Positions 58,101 to 64,000 of a stretch of DNA of 64,000 nucleotides are shown here, one piece after another; position 1 is the first letter of the stretch; every line of letters begins with the position of its first letter. The position numbers and the translations under genes were made by a program. The stretch is from Lysobacterales bacterium (GTDB lineage: Bacteria > Pseudomonadota > Gammaproteobacteria > Xanthomonadales > SZUA-38): assembly GCA_030065125.1 (NCBI GenBank), contig JASJDM010000016.1:52328-116327 (forward strand), read 5' to 3'. The notes beneath the pieces were generated by a model. It was given only the letters and a program-made list of their open reading frames with translations. It was not told where the DNA came from and did not search any database.

Positions 58101-59978
58101 GAGGGCGCCGTCACGGTGCCGGATCTGAATGGCCTGACCGAAACCCAGGCCGCTGACGCCATCAATTCGGCCGGGCTTTCCGTCGAGTCGGTCCGCGAGG
58201 TTTTCAGCGACAGCATTGCGGTGGGTCTGGTGGTTGATCAGCAACCGGATGCCGGTGTGACTGTCGCCGCGGGCGATGGCGTCCTGGTCGATATTTCGCT
58301 GGGACCAGTCCCGCTGCGCGTCCCGGATGTGGTTGCCCTTACTGTGGACTCAGCAACAGCCGCCATCGCAAGCGGTGGATTGAGTGTGGGCACCATGGAG
58401 TTCGTCAACGACAGCCTGCAGCCCGCGAACACGGTATTGATCCAGGACCCGGCGCCCCGCGCCTTCGCAGCACCGGGGACCGCCGTCGACATCGTCGTGT
58501 CCGGCGGCCCGAGGGCATCCATCGACATTTCGCCCAGGGTGATAGCGGCAGGCGGCACCGCCGAAGTCTCGGTGGTGATTCGTGACCTGGACGGTACGCC
58601 GCTGGATCCACAGCCCGCCGTGAGCCTGGCGCTCAATATCGCGCCGGGGGGCGTGAGCGGCACACCGCCAACGCTGAACGCCACCACGATTTCCACCGCC
58701 GCAGACAGCCAGGGGTCCTTCGAGGTGACGGCCAGCTTTGCCACCAGCGAATCCGAGCAGGTTTCCACCAGTGCCGCCATCGCCCAGCCCATCAGTGACG
58801 GCGACGGCGCCGATGTGTTCAACCAGTTCGCAGCACAAGTCGAGACTTTCGAGGGCTTGATCACCGACCTCATCGCGGCCGTTAATACCAGCGACAGCGC
58901 CGCCATCGTCGCCATCGACAACGACCTGGCCGACCTGCTGGATGAAATCGATGTGGCGCGCCTGGGCGCTCTGAGCCCCATCGCTCCCGAAGGTGGCGTT
59001 CCGCCCAGCCCCGAGACCGCGGCCACGAACGGTTTTCCGCCCGCACCCGACGACGCGGCGTACGTAGGAGCTGCCCTCGATCTTTTTGTTGCCCTGGAAC
59101 AGACTGAGCAGGCGATTTCAGAAGGAACGGCACCCGACGGCGTCATCAACGTGCTCAACCAGGACCTGGCCGACGTGGCCTCGGTGGTCGGGTCGCTGAA
59201 CCCCAGCGTCTACGGGGTACTCGATGCCTCGGAAGTTCTGATTGCACTGCTGGGTACGCGAGCACCACGTATGGTGGTGGCCGACATCCGTGCCGTCCGC
59301 CAGTCCCTGCGCGACCAGGGGCTGATACCTTCAAAGGGCGGCGCGCTGGTGCAGAAATTCACCCTGCCGGGCATCATGACAGCCAGCCAGATTCGTACCA
59401 AGATCATCAAGGAAATCTACGTGCCCTACCTGGGCCAGGTGGCCCGCGCCATGGGGACCATCATTGGCGCGAACCTGCTTGAGCCCTACAGCAACCAGGG
59501 CGCCATTGCCGGAATCATCACTGGCGGGAGCCTGGCCATCCACGTGTTCGAAATCGAAAACTCCGTCATCGAAGGCGTCGGTTTCGACACGCTGTTGCCG
59601 GAAGGGAACTCGGTGATATTCATCGGTCCTCAATTGATCGACAAGGTCATTGATATCGTGACCCAGGATCTCCCGGGCGCCAACGACCTCAAGGGAGTCA
59701 ACTCGATCAAAGACGCTATTCAGAAACAGTTCGATATGGCCACTGGCCTGCGAGACACCATCAATGACGCCTTCAGCAGTCCATCGACGGTGTTGCGAGG
59801 CTGCATCCTGGACAATCAGAAGGAGTGCCGGCAGCTGGTGTATCCCGATGGATTCAAGTCGGTCTACGAAGTGCAATCTGGACTGGCGTTACCTGCGTCC
59901 ATAGCCATCGTGGTCCACAACCTGGCCGGGGGCGGATTCGCGGTGACCGTCGCCAACTTTGTCCCCACCAGAGAGTGA
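55155..59978 (+). CDS. Large secreted multidomain protein: putative Ig (cadherin-like) repeats, FG-GAP propeller, two PASTA domains, helical C-terminus
   Basis: Signal peptide; GMTID..TG.I.WTP Ig repeats; ADLDGDG.PEI FG-GAP-like repeats; VPDLNGLTETQA..AI..AGL and VPDVVALTVDSA..AI..GGL PASTA repeats; ATGA overlap with the upstream gene. Confidence 0.85.
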   Translation: MNSIKGVVRWFLLVMLAAGSWQQAHAIDCGEILSDSFEAGTPGALPQIESIPDQAVPTGQLIEVDVDTAIPAEQAGNAFSLVEAPAGMTIDGGTGQIAWTPAVTQAGSTLVSVQVTNSAGLSNERCFAVEAISTSASPLIDPIPNQVAVVDQSYSYTVTASDPDATDVLAFELVSAPVGLVIDPASGLISWTPMPGDIGTYPIQVAVSDPSGAADEGVFQLQVVARNGPPVLEPVQDRGGAPGVLVEISALALDPDGDDVTYSLPVRPTGMTVDPDNGVIRWTPTFQQLGPHDVTLAARDPLGASDSWSFEIVVDLNRAPVAINDAGYRVERGDTLTVPATGILANDVDPNGDLLSSLLDSGPSRGSLLLGNDGGFEYTPDNPAGSIGMQIKWQQISANGGPSGGWQPLIGQLDDDPAAEIIIYDFSGTAATRIEVYDGETGAEEWVRIFGNRELGPTTQAEAALADIDLDGKPEILMVGGDPDGSPTRMLRLYALEHDGGLKWISESLPKQGFDPTRADIRNTANGDMFDSAISVADLDGDGLPEIIVAPRGDFSSYQVWDANGRKVDYAFAPGVRESTNGTRVSVVDLDLDETPEVVVSNAAFTNEGEVIWTRDDVEDGLAPYAHPQVANLDDDPYPELVRRLGGFRETNIVLALNHDGSTLWEYEFPGGSTSLWSPLTIADVNNDGQAEVLAAGGVGADRFDVINGQDGTLLWSNTVETGRSGATVFDLDRDGFNEVVYIDDVSDLYVWDGRDGTEKLVLDLTTQDTFPTEHTVPVFADVDADGHAELVIPVGFTFSATPSLQVWESINDDWAPMRPVWNQARYFVTNVNDDLTVPAQQRPHWLLPGLNLAMVNERLPEARIDDQDQFSYRANDGELISNVATVDITILPPNSAPRILSSPRLKASPGFEYVYRALAVDADVGESLTWSIAEGPAGMAVDALGAVTWTPAPGDLGANPVVLQVTDSVGAAGFQNYVIQVEGAVTVPDLNGLTETQAADAINSAGLSVESVREVFSDSIAVGLVVDQQPDAGVTVAAGDGVLVDISLGPVPLRVPDVVALTVDSATAAIASGGLSVGTMEFVNDSLQPANTVLIQDPAPRAFAAPGTAVDIVVSGGPRASIDISPRVIAAGGTAEVSVVIRDLDGTPLDPQPAVSLALNIAPGGVSGTPPTLNATTISTAADSQGSFEVTASFATSESEQVSTSAAIAQPISDGDGADVFNQFAAQVETFEGLITDLIAAVNTSDSAAIVAIDNDLADLLDEIDVARLGALSPIAPEGGVPPSPETAATNGFPPAPDDAAYVGAALDLFVALEQTEQAISEGTAPDGVINVLNQDLADVASVVGSLNPSVYGVLDASEVLIALLGTRAPRMVVADIRAVRQSLRDQGLIPSKGGALVQKFTLPGIMTASQIRTKIIKEIYVPYLGQVARAMGTIIGANLLEPYSNQGAIAGIITGGSLAIHVFEIENSVIEGVGFDTLLPEGNSVIFIGPQLIDKVIDIVTQDLPGANDLKGVNSIKDAIQKQFDMATGLRDTINDAFSSPSTVLRGCILDNQKECRQLVYPDGFKSVYEVQSGLALPASIAIVVHNLAGGGFAVTVANFVPTRE

Positions 59979-60192
59979 ATTGATCGATGCGCCCGATCCC
60001 GATGTGATGCAATCGTGGGTACTGGCCTCAAGCGTTTGCTGCTCGGTCTCAGTTAGCCGAAGGCGCCCGACTCCGCGCGCCAACAATCTTGGCCTGGAGA
60101 CACGCCAGAGCCGAACGTTCAGCTCGGCAAAAACGGTTTGACCCCCGGCGCCGACCCACGTAAAAGATGCGCCTGAATTTCTGGAGCCCTCC

Positions 60193-61782
60193 ATGACCGA
60201 TCACAGCGAACCGGGACCGTCATCCAACGCCGAACCCGCCGTCAGCGGGGCCTCTCTGGGCCAGAGAATTGGCCAGTTCGTCGAGCGGGCCGGCCACCGC
60301 ATCCCGGATCCGGTGATCATATTCATGGCCTTCTACCCGTTGGCCTTCATCCTGACGGTGATCTTCGGAGGCCACCAGTTCAGCACCACCGGCGCCGGCG
60401 GCGAGCCGGTGCAGCACCAGCTGAAAAACATGCTGGAGCCGGAGCACCTGCGCTGGGTGTTCGACAACGCGCTGCTGGCCAACTGGCTGGGCTTCGGCGG
60501 CGGCGTGCTGGGGGTTATTTTTGTGGTCATGCTGGCCATTGGCCTGGCCGAGAATTCCGGCCTGTTCGGCGCGCTGATCAAGAAGGTCGGCGCGCGCCTG
60601 CCCCAGGGCGTGCTGCCCCTTCTGCTGATCTTCCTGGGCATCATCAGCTCGGTGGCCACGGATGCGGGATACCTGGTGCTGATTCCCCTGGCCGGCCTGC
60701 TCTATGCCGGCCTGGGTCGGCATCCCTTCATCGGCATGGCCGCCGCCTTCGCGGGGGTTTCCGCGGGCTTCAGCGCCAACCTGATTCCCGGGCCGGTGGA
60801 CGTCATCATCGGCCTGAACGCCCAGGTGTTCGCCGAGGCCCAGGGCGTGCCCTTCACCAACGCCGCGGGCGAGGCATTGAACCCCGCCACCATGCACTGG
60901 TTGTTCATCATCGTCTCAACCTTCGTGCTGGCCATCACCGGCTTTTTCGTGACGCGCCGCTTCGTCGCACCGCGGCTGGAGCGCATGAGCTGGGTGACAC
61001 CAGAGGATATCCAGCCCGGAGATTTCCAGGTGACCGGACGCGAGCGGCAGGGCCTGCGAGGCGCACTGGGCGGACTGGCGGTAGCGCTGATCATCATCTC
61101 TGGCCTGGTCCTGGGTCCACTGGCCGCCTTCGAGAACGAAGCCGGCAGCACGGTCAAGCCCTACCTGGACAACATCATCCTCCTGATTTCGATCTTCTTC
61201 GCCGTGACGGGGGCCTTCTTCGGCTATGCATCCGGCACTTTCAAGAAGCTGCCGGACGCCGTCAGCGCCATGGTCAAGCAGATGAACACCATGGGCTACA
61301 TCCTGGTGCTGACCTTCTTCTGCTACAACTTCCTGGGTCTGCTGAGCTACAGCGGCCTGGGCACGTATATCACCTACCTGGGCGTGCAGTTTCTGCTCGC
61401 CCTGGGGCTGCAGGACTTTCCGATCCTTCTTCTCATTGGCTTCGTGTTGACCACGGCGGTGATCAACATTTTCATCGGTGGCCTGACGTCCAAGTGGATG
61501 CTGCTGGGGCCGATCTTCATCCCCATGCTGTACTTCGTGAACCCGGCTATGACCCCTGATTTCGTGGCCGCGGCTTACCGGGTGGCCGATTCGTCCACTA
61601 ACATCATCACGCCCATGATGGCCTATGCCGGCGTGATCCTGGCTTTCATGCGCAAGTACCAGCCGAACATGAGCTTTGGCGATATGCTGATCATGATGGT
61701 GCCCTACTCCGCGGCGTTCCTGGTGGTCTGGACAGCGCTGCTGGTGGGCTTTTTTGCCCTGGATATCCCCCTGGGGATCTAA
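60193..61782 (+). CDS. AbgT family transporter
   Basis: VERAGHRIPDPV.IF, GLAENSGLF, ATDAGYLVLIPLA, HPFIGMAAAFAGVSAGFSAN, YRVADSSTNIITP. Confidence 0.9.
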   Translation: MTDHSEPGPSSNAEPAVSGASLGQRIGQFVERAGHRIPDPVIIFMAFYPLAFILTVIFGGHQFSTTGAGGEPVQHQLKNMLEPEHLRWVFDNALLANWLGFGGGVLGVIFVVMLAIGLAENSGLFGALIKKVGARLPQGVLPLLLIFLGIISSVATDAGYLVLIPLAGLLYAGLGRHPFIGMAAAFAGVSAGFSANLIPGPVDVIIGLNAQVFAEAQGVPFTNAAGEALNPATMHWLFIIVSTFVLAITGFFVTRRFVAPRLERMSWVTPEDIQPGDFQVTGRERQGLRGALGGLAVALIIISGLVLGPLAAFENEAGSTVKPYLDNIILLISIFFAVTGAFFGYASGTFKKLPDAVSAMVKQMNTMGYILVLTFFCYNFLGLLSYSGLGTYITYLGVQFLLALGLQDFPILLLIGFVLTTAVINIFIGGLTSKWMLLGPIFIPMLYFVNPAMTPDFVAAAYRVADSSTNIITPMMAYAGVILAFMRKYQPNMSFGDMLIMMVPYSAAFLVVWTALLVGFFALDIPLGI

Positions 61783-61827
61783 ACGGGTTTGACCGGCGAG
61801 CAGCCGTATCGTCCGTTGGCGGCGCGG

Positions 61828-62961
61828 TCAGCGTCCAGCGAGGTGCAGAATCACATCCATCAACATCGGGTCCTTGGACACCGTGTTGTAGTTGACCACG
61901 ATGCGCCCTGAGTCCAGGAAGCGCACCGCCATGTTGCTGCTGCCGAAACCGGCGCCGCCGTGGCCGACCGCCGTGGCCGACCCTGTCGAGTCAAACGGCA
62001 ATTCCGTGATCGAAAACCCGTATCCGTAGGGGTGCATGTGCGGCGGCGGCCACGCGCCTTCGGGCACTTCTGTCGGCAATGAATGCGGCTTGAACATCAG
62101 TTCCCAGGAAGCGGGCTCAAGCAGAACCTCGGACCCGATAGCCGCCATGAAACGATGCATGTCCCGCAGGGTAGATATCTCGCTGCCGTCGCCGAAGTAG
62201 CTGGTCGGGGGTTCACCGTTGATGCGCCCGTCCGACGAGAGATAGTCCGGCATCCCCTCTCCCCGGGCTGCCGCAGCCGGCTCTGAATCAGCCATCCCCA
62301 GCGGGCCAAACAGATGCCGCTGCATGGCTGCCGCAAAGGGAGCTCCGCGTTTCGCCTCGACAATCTGTCCCAGCAGGACATAGCCCGTATTGCTGTAGTG
62401 AAACATGGTGCCCGGCTCGAAATCGAGGTCCATACCGCGCACCATATCCAGCATCTCGTGCAGGCTCGCCTCCGATGCGCCCTCTACCCCGGCCAGCACC
62501 AGCCGCAGGAAGTAGTCCGGCAGGCCGCTGCGATGGGCCAGCAGATGGTGCAGCGTGATGTCGCCCGCGCGCGGGTGCGCGTACGCCGGCAGCATTTCTG
62601 CCAGGGACTGCTCCAGGGCGAGCTCTCCCTCCTCGACCAGTTGCATCACCAGCACCGCGGTGAACATCTTGCCCTGGCTGTTGATGGTGAACCGCTGATT
62701 GACTTCGAGGGTAGCGCCCGTGTCGTAGTCGGCAATCCCGAGGGCGCGCTCGTAAATGACCTTGTTACCCTCGGCCACCAGGATGCCACCATGGATCGCT
62801 CCTTTGGCATACTGGCTGAGGACCACGCGGTCGAGGCCATCACTGACCGTCTCGGCCTCTGGCGCGTTAACCACGGCTCCCAGAGCCAACACCATGGCGA
62901 TGGGCAGAACGCAAAACATCACTGGAATTCGGACGCGGGTCTTGAGCATCGTTGGACTCAC
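61828..62961 (-). CDS. Serine hydrolase, beta-lactamase/transpeptidase-like family
   Basis: SxxK (SQGK), LLAHRSGL, YSN (FHYSNTGY), GHGG; N-terminal hydrophobic signal. The start may be the ATG at 62949. Confidence 0.87.
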   Translation of the reverse strand: MSPTMLKTRVRIPVMFCVLPIAMVLALGAVVNAPEAETVSDGLDRVVLSQYAKGAIHGGILVAEGNKVIYERALGIADYDTGATLEVNQRFTINSQGKMFTAVLVMQLVEEGELALEQSLAEMLPAYAHPRAGDITLHHLLAHRSGLPDYFLRLVLAGVEGASEASLHEMLDMVRGMDLDFEPGTMFHYSNTGYVLLGQIVEAKRGAPFAAAMQRHLFGPLGMADSEPAAAARGEGMPDYLSSDGRINGEPPTSYFGDGSEISTLRDMHRFMAAIGSEVLLEPASWELMFKPHSLPTEVPEGAWPPPHMHPYGYGFSITELPFDSTGSATAVGHGGAGFGSSNMAVRFLDSGRIVVNYNTVSKDPMLMDVILHLAGR

Positions 62962-63047
62962 TGGAATGACGGGATACGAGGCCTGCGTAATCTATCACGA
63001 CCGCGGCGCTTTTGGATTCGAGTCCGGCCCGATGATGCCTGGCGGGT

Positions 63048-63800
63048 TCAGCGAGCCGAGCGGGACCGGTGATCTTCGCTGAGAACGTCCTTCAGGGTGT
63101 CTGCCACCCGTTCACGCAGACCCTGGTCACCGGTCAACATCGAGGCGGACAGGGCCAGCGCCGCAGCGTCGCCGCCAACGTCGCCCAGGGCCTCAACCGC
63201 CGCAATCCGAACACGGGAGTCCGGGTCTCGTACAGCCATCTCCAGCACCGGCAGCGAGGCAGGATCGCCCAGGACACCAAGGCCGTATACCGCCTCGGCC
63301 CGAACCGCGGGGTCGCCGTGGCTCCGCACAATTCCGGTCAGCAATTCCAGGTCGTCCGGGTTCGGGTTGCTGGTCAATTCCGCAATTTGCCAAAGCTTCG
63401 CGGCCTGGGGAGGCGCGCTGCGCGAGGGTGCCGTTGGACTCGATGCTCCGGGATAAAGTGTCAATACCTTGGGCACCCGCTGGAACGGCGGTTCACTGGC
63501 CAGCGTGTACCGAAGACCGTAATCCCGGCGGCGCAAAAGCTGTCCCAGGGCCCTTTCAATAGACGCGCTTTCAATTCTGCAGGTGATCACATCCTGCAAG
63601 TCGCCGCCGATGATCTGCATACCCGTTTCCCGACCCAGCCGCCGAAGAATCTCACCGAGACTGACCCGGTCTGCATCAACGGACACCAACCCCTTGTCAA
63701 CCCTGACGGAGAGCTGCCCGGCGCGTGCGGTCTCCGGGTACAGGCCTTGAATGGCCAGGGCAGCCAGCAGGGCACACATGAGGGCATTTGTCGGGTCCAT
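63048..63800 (-). CDS. Secreted protein with a secretin-N0/STN-like domain and HEAT repeats
   Basis: GGAGG RBS then ATG at 63800; signal peptide; VSVDADRVSLGEILRRLG..TG...I...IERAL..LL; HEAT repeats VRAEAVYGLG, VRIAAVEALGD, LRERVAD.L. Confidence 0.7.
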   Translation of the reverse strand: MDPTNALMCALLAALAIQGLYPETARAGQLSVRVDKGLVSVDADRVSLGEILRRLGRETGMQIIGGDLQDVITCRIESASIERALGQLLRRRDYGLRYTLASEPPFQRVPKVLTLYPGASSPTAPSRSAPPQAAKLWQIAELTSNPNPDDLELLTGIVRSHGDPAVRAEAVYGLGVLGDPASLPVLEMAVRDPDSRVRIAAVEALGDVGGDAAALALSASMLTGDQGLRERVADTLKDVLSEDHRSRSAR

Positions 63801-63818
63801 AAACCGCCTCCTGGAAAG

Positions 63819-63862
63819 CGGGTTTCGCCAGAACCGGTGAATACTGGCCGTGGCGAAACCCG
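63819..63862. other. Intergenic stem-loop (12-bp perfect stem)
   Basis: CGGGTTTCGCCA-N20-TGGCGAAACCCG between two co-oriented genes; no U-tract. Confidence 0.6.
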
Positions 63863-63873
63863 GTATTGCAGTC

Positions 63874-64000
63874 CTATCGAACGTTGAAACAGCTTTCCGT
63901 TGCCGTCTGGTTCCCGCTTTCTTCCCGCACCAGCACTTCAACCTTGAACTCATCGCCGGAGCCGACCAGTGCGGACGGGATCGCGACACTGGTAATGTCG
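63874..64000 (-). CDS. Hypothetical protein, C-terminal fragment truncated by the window edge (not in ORF track)
   Basis: Open frame DITSVAIPSALVGSGDEFKVEVLVREESGNQTATESCFNVR* ending at the TAG at 63874-63876. Confidence 0.65.
   Translation of the reverse strand, partial: DITSVAIPSALVGSGDEFKVEVLVREESGNQTATESCFNVR

Overview
GC-rich bacterial chromosomal segment, most consistent with an aquatic gammaproteobacterium of the Xanthomonadales/Chromatiales-like type (inferred from gene content and synteny). I found no rRNA, tRNA, CRISPR array, transposase or integrase. Left third: a type IV pilus minor-pilin operon (fimT-pilV-pilW-pilX-pilY1-pilE, minus strand), rsxE-nth, an MNIO (DUF692/DUF2063) RiPP cluster with an (E-G-K/S-C-G)x10 precursor, rnt, an atypical grxD, sodB-argD, purE-purK, Trm112-like, DUF1631 and nadC. 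Middle: fluC/DUF190, trpS, S9 peptidase, oxyR, a Ycf46-like AAA ATPase, MscS, a Na/Ca antiporter, a degenerate HD-GYP protein, pirin, metY, secreted hydrolases and a RibA-like enzyme. Right third: a VPS10-like protein, a ZnuD-like TonB receptor, iorAB, a PD40-like propeller coupled to a 1607-aa Ig/FG-GAP/PASTA secreted protein, AbgT and a serine hydrolase. Signals most worth following up: (i) a ~300-bp intergenic element of two inverted arrays of 23-bp hairpin units whose stems co-vary (14811-15107); (ii) an unannotated His/CxxC/RAPP leader ORF upstream of a ZnuD-like receptor whose normally His-rich loops are purely acidic (48197-50595); (iii) a degenerate FMN-riboswitch-like skeleton upstream of the RibA-like gene; (iv) a MITE-like element next to two tiny coupled ORFs; (v) the giant PASTA-containing secreted protein with a propeller inserted inside an Ig domain. 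All family calls come from motif recognition by eye; no database searches were run.
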